Origin: the human T2T-CHM13v2.0 reference genome, Homo sapiens
Assembly (NCBI RefSeq): GCF_009914755.1
Contig: NC_060930.1
Length of the DNA: 64,000 bases
Direction: 5' to 3' (one strand)
The notes beneath the pieces were generated by a model. The model worked only from the letters and a program-made list of their open reading frames with translations, searched no databases and had not been told where the DNA came from. Every line of letters begins with the position of its first letter. The stretch's first letter is position 1. A program made the translations under genes and the position numbers. Of this stretch, positions 14,893-31,952 are shown in pieces.

Positions 14893-16406
14893 TACATGTG
14901 CGGTTGCACATCAGCCACACTGATGCAATCCTGGTGCACATGTGCAGTTGCACATTACTCACACTGATGCAATCCTGGTGCACATGTGCGGTTGCACATT
15001 ACTCACACTGATGCAATCCTGGCGTACATGTGCAGTTGCACATCAGCCACACTGATGCAATCCTGGTGCACATGTGTGGTTGCACATTACTCACACTGAT
15101 GCAATCCTGGTGCACATGTGCAGTTGCACATTACTCACACTGATGCAGTCCTGGTGCACATGTGCGGTTGCACATTACACTGATGCAATCCTGGTGCACG
15201 TGTGGTTGCACATTACTCACACTGATGCAATCCTGGCGTACATGTGCGGTTGCACATCAGCCACACTGATGCAATCCTGGTGCACATGTGCAGTTGCACA
15301 TTACTCACACTGATGCAATCCTGGTGCACATGTGCGGTTGCACATTACTCACACTGTTGCAATCCTGGCGTACATGTGCGGTTGCACATCAGCCACACTG
15401 ATGCAATCCTGGTGCACATGTGTGGTTGCACATTACTCACACTGATGCAATCCTGGTGCACATGTGCGGTTTCACATCAGCCACACTGATGCAATCCTGG
15501 TGCACATGTGCGGCTGCACATCAGCCACACTGAGGCAATCCTGGTGCACATGTGCAGTTGCACATTACTCACACTGATGCAGTCCTGGTGCACATGTGCA
15601 GTTGCACATTACACTGATGCAATCCTGGTGCACATGTGCGGTTGCACATCAGTCACACTGATGCAATCCTGGTGCACATGTGCAGTTGCACATTACTCAC
15701 ACTGATGCAATCCTGGCGTACATGTGCGGTTGCACATCAGCCACACTGATGCAATCCTGGTGCACATGTGTGGTTGCACATTACTCAACACTAATGCAAT
15801 CCTGGTGCACATGTGCGGTTGCACATCAGCCACACTGATGCAATCCTGGTGCACATGTGCAGTTGCACATTACTCACACTGATGCAGTCCTGGTGCACAT
15901 GTGCGGTTGCACATTACACTGATGCAATCCTGGTGCACATGTGTGGTTGCACATTACTCACACTGATGCAATCCTGGTGCACATGTGCGGTTGCACATCA
16001 GCCACACTGATGCAATCCTGGTGCACATGTGCAGTTGCACATTACTCACACTGATGCAATCCTGGTGCACATGTGCGGTTGCACATTACTCACACTGATG
16101 CAATCCTGGTGTACATGTGCGGTTGCACATCAGCCACACTGATGCAATCCTGGTGCACATGTGTGGTTGCACATTACTCACACTGATGCAATCCTGGTGC
16201 ACATGTGCAGTTGCACATTACTCACACTGATGCAGTCCTGGTGCACATGTGCGGTTGCACATTACACTGATGCAATCCTGGTGCACGTGTGGTTGCACAC
16301 TACTCACACTGATGCAATCCTGGTGCACATGTGCGGTTGCACATCAGCCACACTGATGCAATCCTGGTGCACATGTGCTGTTGCACGTTAGTTACACTGA
16401 TTCAAT
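14893..16406. repeat. Minisatellite/VNTR, 44-bp unit, 34 full units plus one degenerate unit
   Basis: Unit cacatgtg(cg/ca/tg)gttgcacat(cagc/tact)cacactgatgcaatcctggtg read unit by unit; 40-, 42- and 45-bp variants occur. Confidence 0.98.
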
Positions 16407-16680
16407 GAGAAATCCGTAGTCTCCACCCCCGAGGCTGTAACTGTAGAATCATCCCGTGTCTGGTATTTAGGAGTGTCTTCAGTGGCTGATGCACTGCATT
16501 CCAGGCCCCGACTGTGCTCCCATTGTACTTTGCGTGTTTGCATATCTTTTATAGCGAGATGTCTTCCTCTATCCCACCACACTCTCTGTTGCCCACCAAA
16601 TTCCAGCCACTGTGGCTTCCTTTGTATACCTCACAGGAGAACCCACCAAGCTCATTCTATCCTGGTTTGCAATTCCATTC

Positions 16681-16970
16681 TTTTTTTTGAGACGGAGTCT
16701 CACTCTGTTGTCCAGGCTGGAGTACAGTAATGCAATCTAGGCTCAGTGTATCCTCCGCCTCCCAGGTTTAAGCAATCCTCCCTCCTCAACCTCCCAAGTA
16801 GCTGGAATTACAGGCGCTCACCATCACGCCTGGCTAATTTTTGTATTTTTAGTAGAGAGGGGGCTTCACCATGTTGGCCAGGTTGGTCTCAAACTCCTGG
16901 CCTCAGGTGATCCGCCCGCCTCAGCCTCCCAAAGTGTTGGTATTATAGGCATGAGCCACTGTACCCAGCC
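16681..16970 (-). mobile_element. Alu (S-type)
   Basis: full dimer. Confidence 0.9.
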
Positions 16971-17691
16971 TGCAATCACATTCTTAAATGACTTTCTCTT
17001 CCAAGACTTCCTGCACTCAAATATCACCTCCTCAGAGAACCTTCCCTGACTGTCCCAACCTTCTTTCACCCTCGCCCAGCCTCAGTTGCTCTCTATCGTA
17101 CTACCCTCTATTTCCTTCATATCACATAATACAATGTGATATTATGTTGTTTATTCACACTTATTAGTACTTTTCACCCCTGGTCAGATCATAAACACAT
17201 GGGACAGGGCCTTTGTCCACCTTCTTTACCCCTGTAACCTTCTTGCCTGACATCCAGTCTTTTAGCAATTGCTTATTGAATAGCAAGCAGACAAAGTGGA
17301 TAGGAACAGCTTCATGGGGATGATAGCCCCAGTGACAAGAGGATGAGAGAAATGCCATTACTTTCTCTTTACTAGTACCATTTTTATTGTGTTTATCCTG
17401 TTCTAGAAAAAGGTTGTAAAGGAAAGCTGACCAGGTAACTCAAACAAGACTTGTCTAGTAGGCAGTACCATGTTGAAGATATGACAGTGTGGAGTCTGGC
17501 CCTCAGCTTTGAGTGGAACAGCAAACAAATCTTTCAATAGATGTGTTTCTAAGAGAGTGCAGGACTGGGATTCAGAAGGCCTGAATCTAACCATGACTGT
17601 GGCCATGCATTATTGGCAGTGTGACCTAAGGTAAGCTACATCCTTTAATAAGCCATGGTTTCCTCACCTTAAAATTAGGGATCGGAACTGA

Positions 17692-18188
<497 letters not shown>

Positions 18189-18227
18189 TGCCAAGAAGTG
18201 TTTCTGTTGTGCTATGAGAAATAACAA

Positions 18228-18519
18228 GGCCGGGCGTGGTGGCTCACGCCCGTATTCCCAGCACTTTGGGAGGCCGAGGCTGGCAGATCATGAGATCAGG
18301 AGATCAAGACCATCCTGGCTAACACAGTGAAACCCTGTCTCTACTAAAAATACAAAAAATTAGTCAGGCATGGTGACACGTGCCTGTAGTCCCAGCTACT
18401 CAGGAGGCTGAGGGAGAATTGCTTGAACCCAGAAGGTGGAGGTTGCAGTGAGCCGAGATCACACTACTGCACACCAGCCTGGGTGACAGAGCGAGACTCC
18501 GTCTCAAAAAAAAAAGAAA
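18228..18519 (+). mobile_element. Alu (Sc/Y-like)
   Basis: agatcaagaccatcctggctaacac; TSD agaaataaca. Confidence 0.92.
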
Positions 18520-18580
18520 GAAATAACATGATGGAGTCCGCTCACAGTTCTTCTCTGCTCAGAGAGAGGGCCTATACTGA

Positions 18581-18956
<376 letters not shown>

Positions 18957-19155
18957 CTCTGGCTTTCATTTCCTCAGACCTTTTCTCTTACCTCATCTGG
19001 TATTCAGGTCAGAATGATGTGATTTCGACTCTCCTTAAACTCTTCCTTTTTTCCGTGAGAATACTGGACAGTGGCTCTCACAGGTGTAGCATTTACCCCG
19101 AGATAACTTTACCATGACATATCTCACTTTTATTATTATTTTCACATCACTCTAG

Positions 19156-19717
<562 letters not shown>

Positions 19718-19731
19718 AAGAACAGTTTTTA

Positions 19732-20107
<376 letters not shown>

Positions 20108-20212
20108 TTATGTAAAATTAAAAGAGCGCTGGCAGAGAGCTGAACTTTTTTTTTAAACGGGAAAAGAGTTAATTTAATCACTCCCATCTTTCTATAAAAG
20201 AAAATGATATAA

Positions 20213-20620
<408 letters not shown>

Positions 20621-20623
20621 TTA

Positions 20624-21013
<390 letters not shown>

Positions 21014-21049
21014 TTACCACTTGCTGAGTTTCAGTGTAATATGAAGGAT

Positions 21050-21331
21050 GTTAGTGGGCTATGAAAGATATCCATACTTATTGGAAATGCCATTAAAATA
21101 CTCCCTCCTTTTCCAGTGACATATCTGTGTGCGACTGGATTTTTTTCCTATATACTTCAACCAAAACAACAGATTGCAACAGATAGAATGCAGAAGCAGA
21201 TAGGACAATCCAGCTATGTTCTATTAAGTTAGAGATTACAAATTTGCAAAAAGGGGAAATAATGCTACTCTTCTCACTAAATTTTTTAAGAGTATAAACA
21301 GGTCCTGATGCCAAAAGTTTCAGAACCACTG
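21050..21331 (+). mobile_element. Charlie1-family hAT remnant
   Basis: caacagatagaatgcagaagcagata ... atccagctatgttctattaag ... agaaccactg. Confidence 0.6.
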
Positions 21332-21895
21332 CCTTGGAATGAGGAACACCACACAATAAACTCCATCCCTGCGAAGAGTTCATGATTGACGTTGTGGCTC
21401 ATTTTCAAATATGAAAGGACAAATGAAGATACTCAGAATTTGAGAAGAGCATCTAACATGAATGACAGAAGCTAAAATCATCAAAAAGGGAGCTCAGCAG
21501 AAAACAAAGAACAGGAAAGAAAAGTACAAAATCATTATGATCATCATCATGGCGAGTTTGGAAATAAGGGAAGATTTTGCACGCATGAAATAAGAACAAA
21601 AGCATAAGCAAGAAACATCCAAAACACATGTTTAAAAAAAAACTTTGAAATTGAAAATCTGATGGTTGAAACAAAACAAAAAAATCAATAAAAGAAATGG
21701 GGAAAAAAAACTAAAAAAAAAAAAAAAAAGGGAAATAAAGGGGAGGTCTCCCCCCACAAAAAATGGAGGAATGAAAACAGGAAGATAGAGAGTAGAAGAG
21801 GAAGAGTAAGGAAAATTAGCGTATTAGACCAGGAGATCCAATATGTGAGTAATAGGAACTTTAAAACTGCAAGGGAGGAAATATCAAAGACATAA

Positions 21896-22213
<318 letters not shown>

Positions 22214-22216
22214 GGA

Positions 22217-22711
22217 GCAGAGATTCTCAAGTGTTTTGGTCCAGGATCTCTTACATGCTTAAAAATTACTAAGGACTGAAAAAGCTTTTTTGTTTATGTT
22301 TTATTATGTTTTGTTTGCCACATTAGAAATGAAAACCGAGAACCTGTTAAGATGTCTATTTATTTAATACTAAAAAAGAACAAGCCCACATATTTCTAGA
22401 AAAATAATTTTACTACTTTTTCTACTAAATTTTTTTGTTTGTTTTGGAGCTGTTTTACATTTTTACAGATCTTGTTACTGCCTGACTTACTAGAAGACAG
22501 CTGAATTCTCATATCTGCTTCAACTTTCCATCTGTTGTGATATCACACGTCATGTAGCCTCTGGAAAAGTTCACTGTACTCTCATGAGAGAATGAAAGTT
22601 TAAGAATTTCATAATGTCTCAGTATTTTTATGAGGTCCAACCTTGTGGACCTCCTGAAGGGGTCTTGTCTCAGGAACCCCAGAGGTCGTTAGACCACACT
22701 TGGAGAACTGC
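22217..22711 (-). mobile_element. Charlie1-family hAT element, inverted relative to the 21-kb copy
   Basis: agaagacagctgaattctcatatctgcttc ... catgtagcctctggaaaa ... gaccacacttggagaactgc. Confidence 0.65.
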
Positions 22712-23477
22712 TATCCAGATCATTTCCCAAATTTGTACATTTGCTCAGTGCATGAAAAAGACCCACCCAAAGCCTACTATCACAAAATTTTGTAATTATG
22801 TCAACTAAGAGAAAACTTTAAAAGCTTTCAGAATGGGCTGGGGGTCATCAGAATGATACTGGAATCTCAATAGCAGCATTGGAATCTATAAATCACAGGT
22901 AGACAAATAGCTCCCTGAGTACTCAGAGAAAATTACTTCCAACCAAGACTTTTATATCTACTGACATCATTAGCCAAGTGCGAAGGGAGAACATTTTTGA
23001 AACAGGAAGAGTCTCAGAAAGCATACCTTCTGTTACTCTTACTCAGAAACTATTGCTCGATTTTGTAATCTCCCAAAGGAAGGAATACATTGGAAATAGC
23101 AATACAGAAGACCAGCAAAGGCTATCATTAGGATGGTGTTGAAGAAACAACCAGCAGGCCTGGACAGCAGCCTGTCCAGGTTGGAGCAGAGGTCACCAAG
23201 AAAGAAATGCAAAGCATAGAATATCTGATATTTGAACACAGTGAGACAAGATTGATACTTCTGGCATACAATTTGCTAATAAATTAATGGTCTTTATCTT
23301 GAAAAAAGAAAAAAAAAGAGAAACAATTTTAACTCCAGGGAAAACATGATTCTCTAAGAAAGGAAATGAAATCATAGTATACTCTGAGGCTAACAGGGCA
23401 TAATACTTACATAGTCTTAAAGATGTAAATTCTGACATTTAATCGAATCAAATTACATAACAGAACTAGTTAAGAAG

Positions 23478-23600
23478 GCTGGCCACGGTTGCTCACACTA
23501 CCCAGCGCTTCAGAAAGATCACTTGAGCCCAGGAAGACCTGCCTGGTTGACAGAGTGAGACCCTGTCTCTAAAATTAAAAAAAAAAAAAAGAGAGAGAGA
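23478..23600 (+). mobile_element. Degenerate Alu monomer (FLAM-like)
   Basis: single arm with A tail. Confidence 0.65.
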
Positions 23601-24241
23601 GACATCTTAGAACTAGTTGAGAAGACAGAAGGGTAAGTTTGAGGAAACTGAGAGTAAATAATACCTAAAGTTGAAAAATAATGAAAACACATTATCAGCA
23701 TGGTTAGAAGCATGGACCTTCTTAGAGCAGAAATAGCCTAAAGAATCAAAAATGCTTCTGGGCAGTGCCCATCGAGAATGAGAATCTGAAAACCAGAAAC
23801 TGCTTGTTTTTATCATAATTCCTGTAGAACTACTTCACTTTTTATTAAATATATAGCATATGACTCATTAAAATAAATACTTAGCATAGTAAGGTGTATA
23901 TTAGTATAACTCATGTGGAGTGCAATTTAGAAATGTGTTAACATTTACACTGAGAATGTTCTTTGACCCATCAATTCCATATGTAGAATTTTATCCAACA
24001 GTGTGAGATTCATTGAATCAATTATGGTACAGTCACACAATGAAGTATTATGCTGTTACTTAAAATAATGATACTCCTAGTAAAAAAATAACATGAATTT
24101 ACATTTGAGGAAAGATATTTCCCTTCCCAGCATATCTCTCCTTTAAAGCACTATCTCTATTATAATTTTGTATTCATTAGTGTGATTTTTCATTGAATGC
24201 TTGACTCTTCCAATGGATTGGAAGCTCCATAAGACCAGAGC

Positions 24242-24548
24242 CATGGAGTCCCCAACCCCCAGGTCACAGACAATACCAGTCTGTGACCTGTTAGGAACTG
24301 GTCTGCAGAGCAGGAGGTGAGAGCAAGTGAAGCTGAGCTCCACCTCCTGTCAGATCAGTGGCAGCATTAGATTCTCATAGGAGCACACACCCTATTGTGA
24401 ACTGTGCATGCGTGGGATCTAGGTTATGAGAATCTAATGGTAAGTGTAATGCACTTGAGTCATCCCAAAACCATCCCCACAATCCAGTCTGTGGAAAAGT
24501 TGTCTTCCACGAAACTGATCCCTGGTGCCAAAAAGGTTGGGGACCTCC
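24242..24548 (+). mobile_element. MER1B-like hAT-Charlie MITE
   Basis: gtccccaacccc ... gcattagattctcataggagc ... ccctggtgccaaaaaggttgggga. Confidence 0.8.
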
Positions 24549-24932
24549 GAGAGCCCATGTCTTACTTTGCTCACTGATGTGTTCCTAGTACAGGTACACT
24601 GTACCTGGTACCTAGGCAGCTATTTGATGTCTGAATGAGCATGGGTGAGCATTCAAGTAGATGATGACAAACGTCTGCAAAACTTAAAGATAGGCAGGGC
24701 TTAGCTCTGGTGGGAGAGTTATGGGTTCAACCTGGGTTTAATCCCCTGCTCCACCATGACCTTGGGCAAGTCCCTTACCTAAGCCTTGGATACAATGACA
24801 GCAGATCCTCAGTTATCCAATTATATGATTCCTTGTAAATGCCATGGAAATGTTTAAACTTTTAAATTATACAAAATGTACTCACCCAGAAGACTACAAT
24901 CTAATACTTCCTGGCTGTTATTTTTTTATTAG

Positions 24933-25002
24933 TGAACTTCTGCAAGATTTGGAAAACTGTGAAAATGATCCTGTGGCCATAGCAGAGTGTTTTGTGTCCA
25001 AG
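24933..25002 (+). CDS. PLEKHG1: PLEKHG1 coding exon, 70 nt ([24 protein letters not shown]); phase 2 to 0
   Basis: ttttattag acceptor; AAG|gtaagc donor; completes the split Ser codon ag|t. Confidence 0.95.
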
Positions 25003-25244
25003 GTAAGCAGGGTTCATCCTTCTGGGCCAACTGAGACAGATACAGAGTACAGAATTTTTCATTTTAAAGTTAAAATGACTGGTTTGTTTCATATCAGATA
25101 GAGTTAGCCACTAATCTTTCTCTGGTTTCTTTGTTTGAGTAGCAAAAATGTATTGTTCCTGGAGCCAGGGAGATGCTAATCTAGTAGTTGTTCTAGAACT
25201 TGTACAGTAACTGAATAATGTTACTCTTTGCTGGGAAAAACTTA

Positions 25245-25596
<352 letters not shown>

Positions 25597-27394
25597 AGAT
25601 GAATGTTAGAAAAATATAAAATACCACTGAACTGGTTTAGTTTAGTGAAAGTTTAGTTTTAGTGAAAGTCCAAGAGAATCTAAATATTTTACGTATAATA
25701 TATGTGGCACTAGCCTAGTCTCTATAATTATCTTTCTTTTGAGGGATAGAGAGAAGCAGAATTAATCTCCTACATTTTAAAAATGTACTCTTCCACTGTT
25801 TTCTTAAGCTGCATCAGTGGTTTCGAAAAATACAAGGAAAGGATTTGACTTTCAAAGCTTAAATGACAGTGAGCTCGTGCTCCGAAGTGGAATAGGTGAT
25901 GGAATTCTGAAACCTACCCTTTCCTACAATGTGGCCTTTCCTACATTGCTTTCTCAGCATGCTGCCTAGTATATAGAGATTTCTGTCTTGTTTAAATTCT
26001 CTTAAACATTCAACCGCTTTTGTTTGGAAAGCCTTTAGCAGAAATTGTTTTGCAGCAAACTTTCATGTGGTTTCTGCATTTGTAGTTTGAAATGCACGAA
26101 GGTTTAATAAAAGTTCATGATGGCGCTTTGAGACCCACTGGGAATTAGCACACGCGGAGTCCGGTGTGAACTGGGAGATGTCGCTCCAGTCTGACCTGGC
26201 TCTGGACTGTTCCACAGGGTCATTTCTGATGGTGGCAGATGCATCCTGATGGCTTCCAAACACAACACCCTGGGTTTTATTGGAGCAAAGTTCCTTAAAG
26301 GCACAATCCATGGGCTTATATGTAAAGGCACAATCCATGGGCTCTCCTGACTTTGTGTGTGTGTGTTCACATGTAAAGTGTGCACACACGTTTACCTGTG
26401 TGTAAGCTTACACATACAATCCTTTTCACAAGTTGCCTGTGTCAAAATTGAGCAGGGATTTGAAAAAAAGAAGAAAAATGAAAGAAGGCAAAATGGCTAA
26501 AAAGATATGCTGGGTATATCAAAGGAGATATGTTAGAATAACCACAGCACATAAACAACGTAGAAGCTTTCGGAAACGTTTGGGCTTTTACTGGTAACTG
26601 TAATCACAAGTTGATTAAAGATGTTCCAGCGTATGCTTAGCTCTCGCTTAATTATTCACATAAAAGTTTGTTTATGTGCCACGTTGCCAACTCCCAAATC
26701 TTCCTTTTCATTGTAATATTGCCAAGTTTAATTAGAAGACTGACTTGAGCTCTCTGCACTTTCGCATGGAAACAGGGAATCCTGAGGGAGTGCTGGGCTC
26801 AGGCACTGCCTGCCTTTCACTCAGCAGCCTGACATTTAGAAGATGTTACGTCTTCTGAAACACAACCAGCTGTTCAACTCTAGGGAGGAATGGAAAATTG
26901 CTTTAATTGGGAGGCCGTTAATGAAAGAGGTGAAGCTGACAGTTGACTTCTGCTTTTATCTGAACCACTGGGGCCTGCACAGAGATTCATCTTTGACCTT
27001 GCTTACTGTCGTGGTATGTGTAGGTTACAGAAGTCCTTATCGACAGATGGAGAACATGGTTGCTTTTTACCTGATGCTCATGGAAGAATGAACCCACAGT
27101 TCTCCTGAAGGACAGAAATTAAAGTTTCGTGCTGGGCAGGCCAAACCTTCTCCCAGTAAACATTTGTCTGTTTTAGGTCTCTGGAAACACCTAGAATGGC
27201 TCACTTTGCTGCCTTTACCTCCACCTTCACATCCACCTCTCATCTTGACTGGCAGCAAGGCTGACCCAGGGCAACGTTTAGGAGGGAGACAAAGTCTGTC
27301 TTTAGAGCCTCAACCTCCCCTTAGCTGCCTACTCTCCCTCGTTGTGTGGCTCTCTCTCTGTTGGTGCCTTCTTCCTTTTAGAGCCCAGGGAGTG

Positions 27395-27452
27395 AGTGTG
27401 TGTGCACACACACACGCATACACACACACACATGCACACACACAAGCATGCA
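27395..27452. repeat. Imperfect (TG)n/(CA)n microsatellite
   Basis: gtgtgtgtgcacacacacacgcatacacacacacacatgcacac. Confidence 0.85.
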
Positions 27453-28565
27453 CATGTACCACCCACTTACTGAAATTATCCTCAAGGAAGTGTGGATATT
27501 GGATAGTCATATGATTAGAGTGAATTTAAGTCAAAGTTACCCGTATGCTGTTTACATATTAAGTCTTTCTTGTAGTGTCCAGTGAAAACTTCTCAGGAAT
27601 CAGAGAGGGAGAGGAGGACCCTGGGGCAGAAGAAACCCTAAAATCATACATATTGCTTTACTGTGGCTACCTATTCAATAAATATTTGAGAGACTTAGGT
27701 GCTTGATTGGTCAGCACTGATTATATCATATTTTGGCTCTTTCATAATTAAATGTCTCATTTCTATGTCATCTCTAATTACAATTTGAAAGATTTGAAGA
27801 ACTAGAAGGAAATATCTTTTCTTATGATTTATATATATTTGTATAACACATTCCCTTAAATCCTTCTAAGCCGATTTGGGGTGGCATATTTAATAACTAA
27901 TGGTATCTAACTAGGAGCTGTTGACTTTTATGTGAAACCATCATTTGTAAGGTCCACAGAGCTTCACAAACCTAAGGGCAAACTTGCATTTAATTCCAGT
28001 TAAAGATATATAACTGATTTAAATCAAAGCCCTCCAATTTAAAATAGGAATAGAGCCATGATATCACAAAATGCACAGAAATTCAATCGTGCAGAAGTCA
28101 TGAGGTCTTATGATAGCTGGCTAGGAGTAGGTCACTATATTATGCAATGTCAACCTAATTTCATTGAAACCATTGTTTTCTAATTTGTATTTCAAATGAT
28201 CCTACAGGTCCAAAATTGTAAGGAAAGTCAACTTGATATTGTTCTATTCCAGGTTGAGTATAGCAAGAGGCAGGAAAGAAAAAGCAAGAAACTCAAAAAG
28301 TATGAGCCAATCAGAGAAAAGTCCCCATTTGGTACATTAACTTGCTCACAGACCTTGGGCAAGTCACTCTGGCATTTTCATCCATGGAGCCAGGGCTGGC
28401 TTCAAGAACCAATAAGTGAACTCAAGTGCACAAAGGGGCCCAGGTGGAGTCTATAGCAGTCGAGGTGTTTGCCTGGTCTCCTGGGGATGGTCATTGCCAT
28501 GTGAAACTGCAGGCCCAGGGCTGGTGGGTCTTATACTTCTTCAGGAGAAGCTAGAAATTGAAATA

Positions 28566-28907
<342 letters not shown>

Positions 28908-29283
28908 TGACAACTAATTTAGACTTTTTTAAATACCATGCTTGAAAATTTGGTACAATGCTTGAAATGTTGGCAAGGCCATGGGGAAACAGACACTCAT
29001 AACTGTAGGAAAAGAAAATGGCACAGCCCCTATGGAGAGGAATTGGGCTGTGTGTCTAGCATCTGAATTCACCCTTTCACCCACCAGTCCTACATCGAGA
29101 GATCTATTCCAAGGATACACTTAACAGAAATTCATGTAAGCATAATACTGTTCTTTGCAGTAATGTTTGTTACTGCAAAAGACTAGAAACAGCCAAATGT
29201 CCCTAAACAAGAAGCTGTTTGAATCAACTGTAGTATATCCACGTAATGAAGTACTGTGAAGCAGTAACAGTAAAGAATATCTC

Positions 29284-29586
<303 letters not shown>

Positions 29587-29633
29587 ATATATACTCCTCT
29601 GGGGAGGGAGTGGATAAAAGTGTGTGTACAGCA

Positions 29634-29803
29634 CTGTGGTTCCCAAAGTGTGGTCTTGGACCTGCAGCATCAGCGTCACTTGGGAACTCGTTAGAAATGC
29701 AGATTCCTAGGCCCTACTCTAAGACCTACTACATCAGTAACCCAGCAATCTATGTTTTAACAGTCCCTCCAGGTAATTCTGATACTCAAGTTTGAGGATC
29801 ACT
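29634..29803. mobile_element. MER5A hAT MITE
   Basis: gttcccaaagtgtggtc ... gcagcatcagcgtcacttgggaactcgttagaaatgcagatt ... agtttgaggatcactg. Confidence 0.8.
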
Positions 29804-29923
29804 GGTATAACATGATTTGTTTATCTAGGAGAGGAAAACCTGTAAGATTAAAAATTGATTACCAATGGAGGAATGGAGGGAACAGACTAGAAGGGAAAAG
29901 AATAGAGGTTCGGCTTCTTTGGA

Positions 29924-30237
29924 GGCTGGGAGCGGTGGCTCACACCTGTAATCTCAGCACTTTGGGAGGCCAAGGTGGGTGGATCATTTGAGGCCTGGAG
30001 CTTGAGACCAGCCTGGCAAATATGGCAAAACCCCATCTCTACTAAAAAATAAAAATAAAAAAATTAGCTGGGCTGTAGTGGAACATGCCTGTAATCCCAG
30101 CTACTCAGGAAGCTGAGGCAGGAGAATTGTTTGAACCCGGGAAGCAGAGGTTGCAGTGAGCCAAGATGGTGCCACTGTATTCCAGCCTGGGTGGCAGAGC
30201 AAGACTCTGTCTCAAAAAAGAAAAAAAAAAAAAAAAG
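29924..30237 (+). mobile_element. Alu
   Basis: full dimer; TSD ggcttctttg. Confidence 0.92.
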
Positions 30238-30704
30238 AGGCTTCTTTGAATATGAATTTCTTTGTAGAATTGACTTTGAAGCCATGTAAATATTTTACAT
30301 AATTATAGAACAAAACTAAGGTTCCAAAAAGCAGTCTCCACAAACTGAAAGCAAAATTAAACTGTATCCGGTTGGTGGCATAACCATGCAGTAGGAATTT
30401 CAGTTGATTTGAAAATATGCTTTAGATGAAACACAGCAAATACATCTCTAACTGTTTAATAATGATACTATTTATGGTGGTGTTGCTATTGTTATTCTGA
30501 AATTATTGAGTGTGTTGCAAGATAAAGCAAAGAAGTATTTATGTTAGCATCATTGAGAAATGGAATTGGTAGGAGAAAGAAAACACAGACAAAAGAATGA
30601 GTGTAGCTAATCAAAAGTGCTGTAGTCCTGTATCTGAATTATTAATGTAAGTGTTAGTATGAACTAAAGTTGTATTTTATCCTTTAAAAAAAACACCACT
30701 TCCT

Positions 30705-31255
<551 letters not shown>

Positions 31256-31665
31256 CTAACTCTGTCCACTGAAAAGTCCCAGAAATGATGATTGCCCTAC
31301 AGCAAGAGTATCCCTGATACCCAGATTGTGGTCTCCAAACACTGTTTCCTGCCAGAAGGAATAGGGGCTCCATGAAGAATGAGTGTGGGGCACAAAATAT
31401 ACAAGATAGTCTGGGACATCTTGTCACACCAGGAAACAAGCTACAAAAGACCATAGGCCAGGTCATGAATGCTCAAGAAGGGGCTCCTACTAGCCAAAAA
31501 TGGGATAATTTGAACATCAGTGAAGATAATTAACTGAAAACAATGGAAACTCATTAAATAGGCTCATATTAATGAATTTGCAGTGATATTAAAACACCAA
31601 ATTGATCACCTTTGCATGACGCTGGAGAACCAATACATTATTTTGAAAATTAAAGGCAAGAATTG

Positions 31666-31952
31666 GCTGGGTGTGGTAGCTTATCCATGTAATCTCCTAC
31701 ACTTTGGGAGGCTGAGGCAGGGGGATCACTTGAGCCCAGAAGTTTGAGACCAGACTGGGCAATATAGCAAGACCCTGTCTCCATAAAAAGTTTTAAACTT
31801 AGCCAGAGGTGGTGGCACGCCTGTGGTCCCAGCTACTCTGGAGGTTGAGGTGAGAGGATCACTTGAGCCTGGGAGGTTGAGGCTGAAATGAACTGTGACC
31901 ACCACTGTACTCCAGAATGGGTGACAGAGCAAGACCCTGTCTTGAAATAAAA
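31666..31952 (+). mobile_element. AluJ-type
   Basis: J-type features; TSD aaagg(c/a)aagaatt. Confidence 0.88.

Noticed and set aside
14930-16369. p53 half-sites or metal-response elements in the VNTR (GCACATGTGC, TGCACA)
   Set aside because: Two mismatches to RRRCWWGYYY, and TGCACAT fails the MRE core TGCRCNC in nearly all units
15074-16391. Cys/His-rich repetitive ORFs (MCSCTLLTLMQSWCTCAVAH...) resembling metallothionein or zinc-finger proteins
   Set aside because: Translations of a 44-bp, non-3n repeat that cycle through frames and hit recurring TGA; no splice or coding support
14893-16406. CRISPR-like repeat array
   Set aside because: Units are contiguous with no unique spacers, there are no cas genes, and the context is a primate intron
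16482-16491. Inverted 10-bp match (gtggctgatg) to the VNTR unit just downstream of the array
   Set aside because: Too short to distinguish from chance
26296-26343. 21-bp direct repeat taaaggcacaatccatgggct (and similar small duplications near 4512, 12435 and 25635)
   Set aside because: Ordinary local slippage duplications with no evident function
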